Positions 1 to 8,732 of a stretch of 64,000 nucleotides of DNA are shown here, in pieces. Source of the DNA: Thermanaeromonas sp. (GTDB lineage Bacteria > Bacillota > DSM-521 > Neomoorellales > Neomoorellaceae); assembly GCF_021890735.1 (NCBI RefSeq), contig NZ_JAKKUR010000004.1, positions 402-64,401 of the forward strand. Direction: 5' to 3'. Positions within the stretch are counted from its first letter, which is position 1, and each line of letters begins with the position of its first letter. The notes under the pieces were generated by a model. It was not told where the DNA came from. It searched no databases and saw nothing but the letters and a program-made list of their open reading frames with translations. Made by a program: the position numbers and the translations under genes.

Positions 1-1
1 A

Positions 2-70
2 GAAGCCGCTGCCCAGGTGATAGGTAAGATGCTCACCTTCGAGGAAGCAGGGGTGTCGAGAAGCAAATAA
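2..70 (+). CDS. 3' end of an upstream CDS (partial, ...EAAAQVIGKMLTFEEAGVSRSK*), product unknown
   Basis: Open frame from base 2 to TAA at 68-70, followed directly by the RBS of the next gene. Confidence 0.5.
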   Translation, partial: EAAAQVIGKMLTFEEAGVSRSK

Positions 71-94
71 AGGGAAGGAGGAGTCTTTACAAAT

Positions 95-661
95 ATGTCA
101 TATACTTCTTGGAGTGCTCGGAGAATAGCCTATATAGCCATGTTTGTAGCCCTCTCGGCGGTAGGTGCCTACCTAAAGGTGCCCAGCTTTATCGGGACTC
201 CGGCTCTAGATTCCTTCCCCGGTTTCCTCGGTGCCCTATTGCTCGGTCCTCGTGATGGAGCCCTCATAGCCTTTTTAGGGCATCTATTTACCGCACTGAC
301 GGCCGGATTTCCCCTGACCCCGCCCCTCCACCTATTTATTGCGGCTGGCATGGCTGTCATCACAGCCCTTTTTGCTTTCCTTGCTTCCTATTCCGTTCCT
401 GTCGGTGCGGTAACGGCCATATTTTTAAACAGCGTTCTCTTGCCAGCTTTATTTATTCCTTTGCCAGGGTTCGGGAAGGGCTTTCTTATCGCCGTTTTAG
501 TTCCCCTTTTAGTGGCTTCTACCCTTAATATTGTTGTGGCTCTATTTATTTTTACCAGCCTGCGGTCTGTATTCCCCAACAGTTGGGTGTTGTTGCGACG
601 GCGGAAGGAGAGTAGGCATGAGCATAAGGAAATACCGGGATCTCACTTTGATAGATCTTAG
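95..661 (+). CDS. cblT: ECF transporter S component, likely alpha-ribazole transporter (CblT-like)
   Basis: Hydrophobic 188 aa protein with the S-component pattern (IAYIAMFVALSAVG...ALDSFPGFLGALLLGP); strong RBS GGAGGAG; overlaps a CblS-like gene. Confidence 0.7.
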   Translation: MSYTSWSARRIAYIAMFVALSAVGAYLKVPSFIGTPALDSFPGFLGALLLGPRDGALIAFLGHLFTALTAGFPLTPPLHLFIAAGMAVITALFAFLASYSVPVGAVTAIFLNSVLLPALFIPLPGFGKGFLIAVLVPLLVASTLNIVVALFIFTSLRSVFPNSWVLLRRRKESRHEHKEIPGSHFDRS

Positions 662-1379
662 CGATGATAAAGTCTTAGTAATAGCTTGCGATTCTTGCGG
701 AGCAGTAGGGCCTAAGGAGGGGGATGTGGTAAAGGTTCCCGGGTATGTAGTAGGCCGTTTTACCAGTCGTGTAGCCCTGATGGAAGTCCTGGCTGCTGGG
801 GCATGGCCGATCTGCGTTGTGGATACCTTGTGTGTAGAACCCTTCCCTACCGGAGCTGACGTACAGCGCGGAATTATAGATGAATTGCGGTTTTTAAGGG
901 TGGATCCAGAGGCTTTGCTTACTGGAAGCACAGAGAAGAATATACCCACTTCCCAATCAGGAGTAGGAGTAACCGTTATCGGCATAGCTTCTAAAGAACA
1001 GTTGCGGATCGGCCGCTTGAGGGCCGGAGATTCCCTTGCGCTTTTCGGATTACCCAAGGTAGGAACTGAGGTTTCTCTGGGCGATCCGGAGATAGCGGAC
1101 TTATCGACAATAATGCTCTTACTTTCCAGTAACCAAGTAAGAGAGATAGTCCCGGTCGGCTCGCGGGGCATAAAAGCCGAAGCTGAAACATTAGCTCTAC
1201 TCAACGACCTGGAGCTTGTATGGTACGGAATCTCGGATGAAGTAGACCTTTACAAATCGGCCGGTCCTGCCACCTGTCTATTGGCGGCCGGGGAGGAGGC
1301 TACTTTAAAAGTTCTGGGAGAGAAAGCTAAAAAGCCCTTTCTTTTGTTAGGTAATTTGATTCCCAATTCTAAAGTCTAG
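618..1379 (+). CDS. cblS: AIR synthase-related kinase, likely alpha-ribazole kinase (CblS-like)
   Basis: Starts MSIRKYRDLTLI after GGAGAG; motifs IACDSCGAVGPK, GSTEKN, EIVPVGSRGI, KSAGPATC; paired with an S component. Confidence 0.7.
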   Translation: MSIRKYRDLTLIDLSDDKVLVIACDSCGAVGPKEGDVVKVPGYVVGRFTSRVALMEVLAAGAWPICVVDTLCVEPFPTGADVQRGIIDELRFLRVDPEALLTGSTEKNIPTSQSGVGVTVIGIASKEQLRIGRLRAGDSLALFGLPKVGTEVSLGDPEIADLSTIMLLLSSNQVREIVPVGSRGIKAEAETLALLNDLELVWYGISDEVDLYKSAGPATCLLAAGEEATLKVLGEKAKKPFLLLGNLIPNSKV

Positions 1380-1434
1380 CCTCTCACCAATACTACATGA
1401 AGACCTTCTATGTCAATAGGGGGACTGGCCGGGT

Positions 1435-1551
1435 ATGAGCGAAGATGCTGTAGTTCAAATCAAGCGTCAGGTAATAGAGCCTTTAGAGAAGGAGGATCCA
1501 GGCGCCTGGCTTAAGGCGGGGATACCGCTACCACTTCCCACTTGGAGTTGA
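1435..1551 (+). CDS. Candidate 38 aa small protein (MSEDAVVQIKRQVIEPLEKEDPGAWLKAGIPLPLPTWS)
   Basis: Manual translation; AGGGGGA about 11 nt upstream; fills the intergenic gap; below the ORF-track length cutoff. Confidence 0.45.
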   Translation: MSEDAVVQIKRQVIEPLEKEDPGAWLKAGIPLPLPTWS

Positions 1552-1576
1552 CACTAACCCTGTCAAAGCTTTAACC

Positions 1577-1605
1577 TTGACGGCCCTGAAAAGAGAGGAT
1601 ATAAT
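1577..1605 (+). promoter_or_regulatory. sigmaA promoter of ylxM-ffh
   Basis: TTGACG-17 nt-TATAAT. Confidence 0.8.
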
Positions 1606-1611
1606 AAACCC

Positions 1612-2004
1612 ATGGGCGATGTCCTAGACCGCATGACACGGATAGGCAGGCTGTACGATTTTTATGGACCTTTGCTTACTCCCAAGCAGCGGCAGTGGCT
1701 TGAGCTGCATTACCATCATGATCTCTCTTTAGGAGAGATCGCTGCGGAGTGCCGGGTAAGCCGTCAGGCCGTCCATGATGGCCTACAACGTGCGGAAAAA
1801 GCCTTAGAAGATTACGAAGCCCGCCTGGGCTATTTAGAAAGATATTTAAGGGAAAGGAAGAAGTTAGAAGAAATAAGACGTGAGCTACATAACTTCCGTG
1901 AGAAAGGATCCTGGGAAAACTTCAATAAGGCCTTGGAATTGCTGGAACAGCTTCTTGGATGGCCAGCAGGCGGGGGTACCCCGGAGCAAAAGGAGGGATC
2001 ATGA
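1612..2004 (+). CDS. ylxM: YlxM, SRP-associated HTH protein
   Basis: [13 protein letters not shown]...DLSLGEIA...VSRQAVHD motif; stop overlaps the ffh start. Confidence 0.92.
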   Translation: MGDVLDRMTRIGRLYDFYGPLLTPKQRQWLELHYHHDLSLGEIAAECRVSRQAVHDGLQRAEKALEDYEARLGYLERYLRERKKLEEIRRELHNFREKGSWENFNKALELLEQLLGWPAGGGTPEQKEGS

Positions 2005-3353
2005 TGGCAATATTTACTTCACTGGCCGAAAAGCTGCAAAATACTCTACGGAAACTTAAAAGTAAGGGAAAGCTAAGTGAAACGGACGTAAACGAAGCTT
2101 TAAGGGAAATAAGGCTAGCCCTCCTCGAGGCAGATGTTAACTTCAAGGTGGTAAAGGAATTCTTAGCTAAGGTCAAGGAACGTGCTGTGGGGCAAGAGGT
2201 TCTCGGGAGCCTCACACCGGGCCAGCAAGTTGTAAAGATAGTGTACGAAGAACTGACGAATTTAATGGGAAGCGAAGGGAATAAGCTTAATTGGGCAAGC
2301 CGTCCGCCCACAGTTATTGTACTGGCTGGTCTTCAAGGTTCTGGAAAAACTACTACAGCGGCTAAACTTGCCTACTTTTGTCAGAAGCAAGGCCGGCATC
2401 CGTTGCTGGTGGCTGCCGATGTTTATCGTCCGGCCGCAATAGAGCAGCTAAAAGTGCTGGGACAGCAGTACCGGCTTTCTGTGTTTAGTATGGAGGGAAG
2501 ACATGATCCGGTGGATATTAGCCGCCTGAGCGTGGAGCAGGCGGTAAGTTCGGGGTATGACACGGTAATAGTGGATACGGCGGGACGCCTTCACATTGAT
2601 GAAGAGATGATGGGTGAACTTAAGGCTATAAAGGAGGCTGTCCAGCCCCATGAGGTATTGTTGGTTTTGGATGCCATGACCGGGCAGGATGCAGTGAAAG
2701 TGGCGGAGGCCTTCCACCAGCAGGTTGGACTAACGGGGATAATTTTAACCAAGCTAGATGGCGATGCCCGGGGCGGTGCGGCCCTTTCTGTACGCGCCGT
2801 TACCGGTTGCCCTATAAAATTTATCGGCGTGGGAGAAAAGGTGGAAGCTTTAGAGCCCTTCCACCCGGACCGTATAGCGGGCAGGATCTTGGGAATGGGA
2901 GATGTTTTAACTATAATTGAAAAGGCTCAAGCTGCCTTTGACCAGTCTCAGGCCCGCGAGTTTCAGCGCAAGATCCGGCAAAAGGAGTTTACGCTGGAGG
3001 ATTTTCTGGCGCAGTTAAAGCAAATAAAGAAGATGGGCTCTTTAGACGAGCTTGTAAGTTTATTTCCGGGGAGCGGCCCCTTCAAACAGTTAAAGGACCT
3101 TCAATTTGATGAGCGCGAGCTCCTCCATATGGAAGCTATAATCCAGTCTATGACGCCTGAAGAAAGACGTAATCCCTCTATCATTAACGCAAGCCGGAAA
3201 AGGCGTATCGCTGCAGGAAGCGGAACTAGCGTGCAAGATGTAAATCGGCTGCTCCGCCAGTTTGGTGAAGCCCAGAAGTTAATTGAGCGCTTGGGCGAGG
3301 TTAGCTCGAGTAAAAGGTTTAAGGGGAAGGGATTGTTTCCCTTTTTAAGTTAA
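2001..3353 (+). CDS. ffh: Signal recognition particle protein Ffh
   Basis: [24 protein letters not shown] and an M-domain; RBS AGGAGG at 1991; start is 2001 or 2004. Confidence 0.98.
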   Translation: MMAIFTSLAEKLQNTLRKLKSKGKLSETDVNEALREIRLALLEADVNFKVVKEFLAKVKERAVGQEVLGSLTPGQQVVKIVYEELTNLMGSEGNKLNWASRPPTVIVLAGLQGSGKTTTAAKLAYFCQKQGRHPLLVAADVYRPAAIEQLKVLGQQYRLSVFSMEGRHDPVDISRLSVEQAVSSGYDTVIVDTAGRLHIDEEMMGELKAIKEAVQPHEVLLVLDAMTGQDAVKVAEAFHQQVGLTGIILTKLDGDARGGAALSVRAVTGCPIKFIGVGEKVEALEPFHPDRIAGRILGMGDVLTIIEKAQAAFDQSQAREFQRKIRQKEFTLEDFLAQLKQIKKMGSLDELVSLFPGSGPFKQLKDLQFDERELLHMEAIIQSMTPEERRNPSIINASRKRRIAAGSGTSVQDVNRLLRQFGEAQKLIERLGEVSSSKRFKGKGLFPFLS

Positions 3354-3433
3354 ACTTACAAAGCTAAAAATCGGGGCAGTACCGGTTTACAGCTTAAAAT
3401 AGCTTAAACTTTGTAAGGAGGTGAAAAGGAGGA

Positions 3434-3706
3434 GTGGCCACCCGGATAAGGCTTAAGAGGATGGGTGCTAAGAAATCTCCCTTTTACCGGCTAGTAGTAG
3501 CTGATGCGCGTGCTCCGCGGGATGGCCGGGTCATAGAAGAGCTTGGATACTACAATCCTGTGTGCGAACCAGAGGAAATAAAGGTGGATGAAGAGAAAGC
3601 TCTCCGGTGGCTTAGAGTGGGAGCCCAGCCCTCAGAGACAGCCCGAGCACTTTTGGAGAAGGCAGGGGTATGGCAGAAATTCCTGGCTTCTAAACAGGCT
3701 AAGTAG
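3434..3706 (+). CDS. rpsP: 30S ribosomal protein S16
   Basis: [28 protein letters not shown]. Confidence 0.98.
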   Translation: MATRIRLKRMGAKKSPFYRLVVADARAPRDGRVIEELGYYNPVCEPEEIKVDEEKALRWLRVGAQPSETARALLEKAGVWQKFLASKQAK

Positions 3707-3730
3707 TTAACTCATAGGAGGTGCCAACAG

Positions 3731-3958
3731 GTGAAGGAACTAGTGGAAACTTTGGCTAAGGCTTTGGTTGACAATCCAGACCAAGTAAGTGTAACTCAGA
3801 TTGAAGGGGAAAAATCGGTGATTTTAGAATTGAGGGTGGCGCCCTCAGATATGGGAAAGGTTATAGGTAAGCAGGGTCGGATCGCCAGGGCTATCCGTAC
3901 CGTGGTTAAGGCAGCGGCTGCCCGGGAGGGCAAACGGGTAGTGGTGGAGATTATTTAA
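3731..3958 (+). CDS. khpA: KH-domain RNA-binding protein KhpA/YlqC
   Basis: [17 protein letters not shown]; sits between rpsP and rimM. Confidence 0.93.
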   Translation: MKELVETLAKALVDNPDQVSVTQIEGEKSVILELRVAPSDMGKVIGKQGRIARAIRTVVKAAAAREGKRVVVEII

Positions 3959-3962
3959 CGTT

Positions 3963-4475
3963 ATGGATACAAAACGTGTAGCAGTGGGAAAAATATTGAC
4001 AACCCACGGCCACCGTGGTGAAGTTAAAATCTGGCCGTGGACGGACTTCCCGCAGCGGTTCCGGCCGGGTACCAAGTTGTGGTTACGTTCCCGCCAAGGG
4101 AGCGAGCGGGTAACGATAACCAGCAGCCGTCCCCACGGCAGGCACCTTATTCTTAAGTTTGCAGAGATACCTGATATGGCGGCAGCAGAAAGATTGCGTA
4201 ATGCTATTCTGGAGGTAGATCCGTGGGAGGTAGAACCTCTACCACCCGGCCGGTATTATGTTTTTCAGCTTATCGACTGCGAGGTATTTACGGTAGAGGG
4301 AGAGTTCTTGGGTAAGCTTAAAGATGTCCAGAAAACAGGTGCAAATGATGTATTTGTGGTAGTTACTCGAGAGGGTAGGGAGATTTTGCTTCCTGCCTTA
4401 AAAAAAGTGGTAAAAGAGATAGATATACACAAAAAAATTATCAAGGTTAAGCTGCTACCCGGGCTTCTGGATTGA
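3963..4475 (+). CDS. rimM: 16S rRNA processing protein RimM
   Basis: [30 protein letters not shown]; synteny. Confidence 0.95.
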   Translation: MDTKRVAVGKILTTHGHRGEVKIWPWTDFPQRFRPGTKLWLRSRQGSERVTITSSRPHGRHLILKFAEIPDMAAAERLRNAILEVDPWEVEPLPPGRYYVFQLIDCEVFTVEGEFLGKLKDVQKTGANDVFVVVTREGREILLPALKKVVKEIDIHKKIIKVKLLPGLLD

Positions 4476-4489
4476 GGGGGAAAGCTAGA

Positions 4490-5239
4490 GTGCGGGTGGA
4501 TGTTCTAACCATTTTCCCCCGTATGTTTACAGGCCCCCTGGATGAAAGTATTATCAAGCGCGCACGGGAAAGGGGTATACTGGAAGTAAATCTAATAGAC
4601 ATACGGGATTTTTCCTTGGATAAGCACCGTACAGTAGATGATTATCCCTATGGCGGGGGGCCGGGGATGATCCTCCGGCCGGAGCCAGTCTTCCGCGCAG
4701 TGGAATCACTCCTTGAGAAGGAGCCCGGGAAAAAACCGCCCATAATCCTTTTATCCCCGCAAGGGGAAGTGTTTAACCAAGCCATGGCCCAGGAGCTGGC
4801 CAAGGAAGAATGGCTTATCCTCATATGTGGGCATTACGAGGGAGTAGACGAAAGGATAAGGGCTTATCTTGCCACCCGAGAAATATCGATAGGGGATTAC
4901 GTCCTAACGGGCGGAGAGCTACCGGCCATGGTTTTGATAGACGCCATAACGCGGCTGTTACCCGGAGCAGTAGGAGCTGAGGATGGGCTTAACGAGGATT
5001 CTTTTTCCTGGGGTATTTTGGAATATCCACAGTATACCCGTCCCCGTTCATTCCGGGGATTAGAGGTACCTGAGGTTCTCCTTTCAGGCGATCACGAAAA
5101 AATAAGGGTCTGGCGCCGTAAGAAGGCTTTAGAGAGGACCTTGCTCAAAAGGCCGGATCTTTTAGAAAAGGTTTCATTAACGGAGGAAGATCGCCGTTTG
5201 TTGGAGGAGATTGTAAAAGAGAATCGAGGAATGATATAA
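4490..5239 (+). CDS. trmD: tRNA (guanine-N1)-methyltransferase TrmD
   Basis: [33 protein letters not shown]; GTG at 4490 chosen because of RBS GAGGGGG. Confidence 0.97.
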   Translation: MRVDVLTIFPRMFTGPLDESIIKRARERGILEVNLIDIRDFSLDKHRTVDDYPYGGGPGMILRPEPVFRAVESLLEKEPGKKPPIILLSPQGEVFNQAMAQELAKEEWLILICGHYEGVDERIRAYLATREISIGDYVLTGGELPAMVLIDAITRLLPGAVGAEDGLNEDSFSWGILEYPQYTRPRSFRGLEVPEVLLSGDHEKIRVWRRKKALERTLLKRPDLLEKVSLTEEDRRLLEEIVKENRGMI

Positions 5240-5240
5240 T
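5211..5240 (+). promoter_or_regulatory. Probable internal sigmaA promoter for rplS at the trmD 3' end
   Basis: TTGTAA-18 nt-TATAAT with extended -10 TG (TGaTATAAT). Confidence 0.6.
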
Positions 5241-5258
5241 ACGGAAGGAGGGTAAGGT

Positions 5259-5600
5259 ATGAACTTATTAGAAAGTGTCGAAAGAGAACAAATGCGGCAG
5301 GATATCCCCCCTTTCAAACCTGGGGATACGGTCCGAGTACATGTAAAAGTAATTGAAGGAAACCGCGAGCGTACTCAGGTATTTGAAGGAGTAGTCATCA
5401 GTCGCAGGGGGAAAGGGTCGCAGGAAACTTTTACTGTACGGCGGATATCTTACGGTGTGGCAGTGGAGAGGATTTTCCTTTTACATTCTCCACGTATCGA
5501 GCGGATTGAAGTAGTACGGCGAGGAGATGTGCGCAGGGCCAAGCTTTATTACCTGCGTGAACGCAAAGGCAAAGCAGCGCGGATAAGAGAGGAAAAATAG
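5259..5600 (+). CDS. rplS: 50S ribosomal protein L19
   Basis: [26 protein letters not shown]...[10 protein letters not shown]. Confidence 0.98.
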   Translation: MNLLESVEREQMRQDIPPFKPGDTVRVHVKVIEGNRERTQVFEGVVISRRGKGSQETFTVRRISYGVAVERIFLLHSPRIERIEVVRRGDVRRAKLYYLRERKGKAARIREEK

Positions 5601-5608
5601 CGTAAAGG

Positions 5609-5646
5609 AACAAGGGGTGGAGAAAGTTACCCCTTGTTTGGTTTTA
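5609..5646 (+). terminator. Probable intrinsic terminator after rplS
   Basis: 10-bp stem AACAAGGGGT/ACCCCTTGTT followed by TGGTTTT. Confidence 0.55.
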
Positions 5647-5660
5647 AAGAGGTGGCGAGG

Positions 5661-6191
5661 ATGAGCGTGGTGGAAGAAAAGAAGGGGGGTTTTTTAACTG
5701 AAGTTCTACAGGCCCTCATAACGGCTGCTATATTAGCCTTTATAATCAGGATGTTTTTAATAACTCCCTTTTATATTCCTTCCCGGTCCATGGAGCCGAC
5801 CCTTTATCCAGGAGACCGGATTCTGGTCAACCGCCTCGCCTATCGCTTTGGCGAACCTCAGAGGGGAGATGTACTGGTTTTCCGCTATCCGTTGGATCCT
5901 AGCCGGGATTATGTGAAGAGGGTTATTGCCGTGGGCGGTGACACTATCGAAGCTAAACAAAATAAGATTTATGTTAACGGGCAAGCACTGGAGGAAAGTT
6001 ATGTCCCTCCAGGGGTGGTATACAACGATTTTGGCCCCATCAAGCTGCCCCCCAACACTTATTTTATGATGGGCGACAACCGTAACATAAGTGCGGACAG
6101 CCGGGTTTGGGGGCCTTTGGAAAGAAGGCTTATTATCGGTAAGGCTGTATTGATTTACTGGCCTTTAAATCGTTTGGGGTTTATTAAGTAA
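5661..6191 (+). CDS. lepB: Signal peptidase I
   Basis: IPSRSMEPTL (catalytic Ser), YVKRVI (catalytic Lys), MGDNRNISADSR; ATG 5661 after GAGGTGG. Confidence 0.95.
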   Translation: MSVVEEKKGGFLTEVLQALITAAILAFIIRMFLITPFYIPSRSMEPTLYPGDRILVNRLAYRFGEPQRGDVLVFRYPLDPSRDYVKRVIAVGGDTIEAKQNKIYVNGQALEESYVPPGVVYNDFGPIKLPPNTYFMMGDNRNISADSRVWGPLERRLIIGKAVLIYWPLNRLGFIK

Positions 6192-6193
6192 AG

Positions 6194-6979
6194 ATGCTTA
6201 CGTCCTTCGATATTAAGCGTTACTTGAAAATAGTAGACGTAGTCTTGGAAGTAGTGGAGGCCCGTTTACCTGCCTCCAGCCGGCCCTCTGAGCTGGCAAG
6301 CGTGCTTAAAGCGAAGGAAGCCATACTGGTCTTGAACAAAGCAGATCTTGCCAATCCCCTGGCTACCAGGCGCTGGCTGGATTATTATAGGGCGCAGGGA
6401 CAGTTAGCGGTAGATATGAATTCTCAAACAGGAGAGGGTTTGCCCGGACTGAGGCAACTTTTACAGAAGTTAGCGAACGATAAAAAGGAGAAACTCAGCC
6501 GGCGGGGCATTTTACACTCACCTCTAAGGGTAATGGTAGTAGGTATTCCTAACGTAGGTAAATCTTCTCTGCTGAACCGTCTCGTAGGTCGAGCAGTGGC
6601 GAGGACAGGGGACCGGCCCGGTATCACCCGGGGTCCCCAGTGGGTACGAAAGTTTCAAGAGTGGGAGGTTTTGGATACCCCCGGGATCCTGGGTATTTCC
6701 CAAAAACACGAAAGAATAACTCTCCTCCTTTATGCATTAGGCTGCATCCCCGGCCGGGAAGCTCCTCCGGAGAAGGTAGCAGAAGAGTTAATTTATGTTT
6801 TACAAGAGCAGGGCTGGCGGAGGCAAGAGGGTTTTGAAGAGATTCTAGATAGCCTGGGAAGAGAACGCGGTTTTTTAAAGCCCGGAGGAGAGGTGGACCG
6901 TGTAAAAGCAGCACAGCTTCTCCTCCGGGAATTCCGGCAGGGGAAACTAGGAAGGTTTACCTTGGAGTGGCCGCCTTAG
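6194..6979 (+). CDS. rbgA: Ribosome biogenesis GTPase RbgA/YlqF (divergent)
   Basis: Circularly permuted GTPase: NKAD, GIPNVGKS, PGITR, DTPG; synteny with lepB and rnhB. Confidence 0.85.
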   Translation: MLTSFDIKRYLKIVDVVLEVVEARLPASSRPSELASVLKAKEAILVLNKADLANPLATRRWLDYYRAQGQLAVDMNSQTGEGLPGLRQLLQKLANDKKEKLSRRGILHSPLRVMVVGIPNVGKSSLLNRLVGRAVARTGDRPGITRGPQWVRKFQEWEVLDTPGILGISQKHERITLLLYALGCIPGREAPPEKVAEELIYVLQEQGWRRQEGFEEILDSLGRERGFLKPGGEVDRVKAAQLLLREFRQGKLGRFTLEWPP

Positions 6980-7006
6980 GTATAGTTTGTTTTGTGAAGA
7001 GAGGCG

Positions 7007-7681
7007 GTGAGGGCTCCGGTGAAGGAAAAAATAACGGTTTTGATTGCAGATGATCACCCTTTGATGCGGGAAGGGATAAGGAAGATTCTTTCTTTGGAGC
7101 CTCGCATAGTAATTGTTGGTGAGGCTACAGATGGCCGTGCGGTTATAGAACTGGCCAGGGAGCTTAGGCCCCGCATCATCCTGATGGATATAAATCTACC
7201 TGTGCTGAACGGACTGGAGGCTGCTAAAGTTATACGCCGCGAGGTGCCCCAGGCGGAAATTATAGTCCTTACCATTCACGAAGAAGAAGAGTACATAATG
7301 GAACTTTTTAGAGCCGGTGTGGCGGGGTACCTACTCAAAGACATAAGTGCAGAGGGATTGATCGAGGCCGTATTGCAGGTGGCTCAAGGAGTACCCGTCA
7401 TTCATCCAGGAGTGACCAGGAAGATGGTACGTCTCCTTACGGAAGTTTCCCAGGCAGGCCGGACAACCCCGGAAACAACCCTTACCCGGAGGGAACGGGA
7501 AATTTTAGCCTGCGTGGTGAGGGGGGAATCCAATAAAGATATAGCTAAACGCTTGTTCATTAGTGAAAAAACTGTTAAGAACCATCTGACCCGCATCTTT
7601 CGTAAAATTGGAGTACAGGACCGTACGCAGGCAGCGATTTACGCCTTGAAACACGGGCTGACTGATGGTACTCTAGAGTAA
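7007..7681 (+). CDS. NarL/LuxR-family (DegU-like) response regulator
   Basis: Receiver domain ADDH...LMDINLP...YLLKD; HTH LTRREREIL...SNKDIAKRLFISEKTVKNH; start may be 7019. Confidence 0.9.
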   Translation: MRAPVKEKITVLIADDHPLMREGIRKILSLEPRIVIVGEATDGRAVIELARELRPRIILMDINLPVLNGLEAAKVIRREVPQAEIIVLTIHEEEEYIMELFRAGVAGYLLKDISAEGLIEAVLQVAQGVPVIHPGVTRKMVRLLTEVSQAGRTTPETTLTRREREILACVVRGESNKDIAKRLFISEKTVKNHLTRIFRKIGVQDRTQAAIYALKHGLTDGTLE

Positions 7682-7692
7682 GGTGGGTACCG

Positions 7693-8292
7693 TTGGGAGA
7701 GGAGCTCTATCTGTGGGAACAAAGATTGGTAGCCCGGGGTATAAGGTACATAGCCGGCGTGGATGAAGCAGGCCGCGGGCCCTTAGCGGGTCCGGTGGCC
7801 GCAGGCGCCGTGATATTACCCCCGGGTTTATTTTTGCCTGGGCTTAAGGACTCCAAGAAGCTTTCACCGCGGGAGCGAGAAGTCTTAGCAGCGGAGATTA
7901 AAGCGAAAAGCCTTGCCTGGGCTATAGGCTGGGCTTCGGTGATAGAAATAGATTGCTTGAACATTGCGGTGGCGTCTCGTTTGGCTATGCAGCGAGCAGT
8001 GGCTGCTTTAAAGCTGGAGCCCGAACATATTTTAGTAGATGCTTTTACCCTCCCGGGCATACGGATAGCCCAGACGCCTCTTATCAAAGGAGACGCTTTA
8101 AGCGCCTCCATAGCTGCGGCTGCCATTTTGGCTAAAGTGGCCAGGGATAAACTGATGGAGAGTTATGACAGGGTTTTTCCGGGCTACGGGTTTGGGAGGC
8201 ATAAGGGTTATCCTACTATGGAACATCGGGCTGCCTTAGCTGCTTACGGCCCCACACCTATTCATCGGAAAAGTTTCAAATTGGACTGGTAG
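7693..8292 (+). CDS. rnhB: Ribonuclease HII
   Basis: IAGVDEAGRGPLAGPV, DSKKLS, ASIAAAAILAKVARD, HKGYPT. Confidence 0.96.
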   Translation: MGEELYLWEQRLVARGIRYIAGVDEAGRGPLAGPVAAGAVILPPGLFLPGLKDSKKLSPREREVLAAEIKAKSLAWAIGWASVIEIDCLNIAVASRLAMQRAVAALKLEPEHILVDAFTLPGIRIAQTPLIKGDALSASIAAAAILAKVARDKLMESYDRVFPGYGFGRHKGYPTMEHRAALAAYGPTPIHRKSFKLDW

Positions 8293-8299
8293 TTAAGAA

Positions 8300-8328
8300 G
8301 AAGGAATTTACCCGGAAATAGCGAATAC
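8300..8328 (+). promoter_or_regulatory. sigmaH-type promoter upstream of the nuo-like operon
   Basis: GAAGGAATT-11 nt-AGCGAATAC fits RNAGGAWWW-11/12-RNNGAATWW. Confidence 0.6.
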
Positions 8329-8372
8329 ATAATACGGTCTTATTTCTATCCGGCTTGGGGAGGTGTTCAAAA

Positions 8373-8732
8373 ATACTATACCAGTACTTGACCGTTGTTG
8401 TTTTCCTTGTGGGAGCAGCGGTTGTGGCCTGGGCAGCGTTGGCCGTAAACTGGCTGTTGCGCCCCAAACGGCCGCAGGTTGGTGACCAGAGAGAAACCTA
8501 TGAATGCGGGCTTAAAACCCAAGGACCGACCTGGGTTCAGTTTAGAATCGGGTATTTTCTCTACGCCCTGATCTTCTTACTTTTTGACGTAGAAACCATT
8601 TTTCTTTATCCTTGGGCTGTTAAATTTCAGGTCTTGGGATTGTTCGCTTTCATAGAAATGCTTATTTTTATAGGGATTCTGATCCTTGGCTTATGGTACG
8701 CTTGGAAGGAGGGGGGCTTAGAGTGGCTGTAA
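8373..8732 (+). CDS. nuoA: Complex I-like subunit A (NuoA); start uncertain (ATA 8373 inferred, ORF track gives TTG 8355)
   Basis: YECG...[26 protein letters not shown]; RBS GGAGGTG lies 7 nt before the ATA. Confidence 0.9.
   Translation: MLYQYLTVVVFLVGAAVVAWAALAVNWLLRPKRPQVGDQRETYECGLKTQGPTWVQFRIGYFLYALIFLLFDVETIFLYPWAVKFQVLGLFAFIEMLIFIGILILGLWYAWKEGGLEWL

Noticed and set aside
542-1204. 220 aa minus-strand ORF, and the many similar antisense ORFs (e.g. 54858-55361, 54979-55572, 62061-62825)
   Set aside because: They lie opposite clearly identified genes and have no recognisable motifs
1380-1611. Possible SRP (scRNA) gene next to ylxM-ffh
   Set aside because: No helix-8 signature with the GNRA loop could be found; a small ORF plus promoter explains the space
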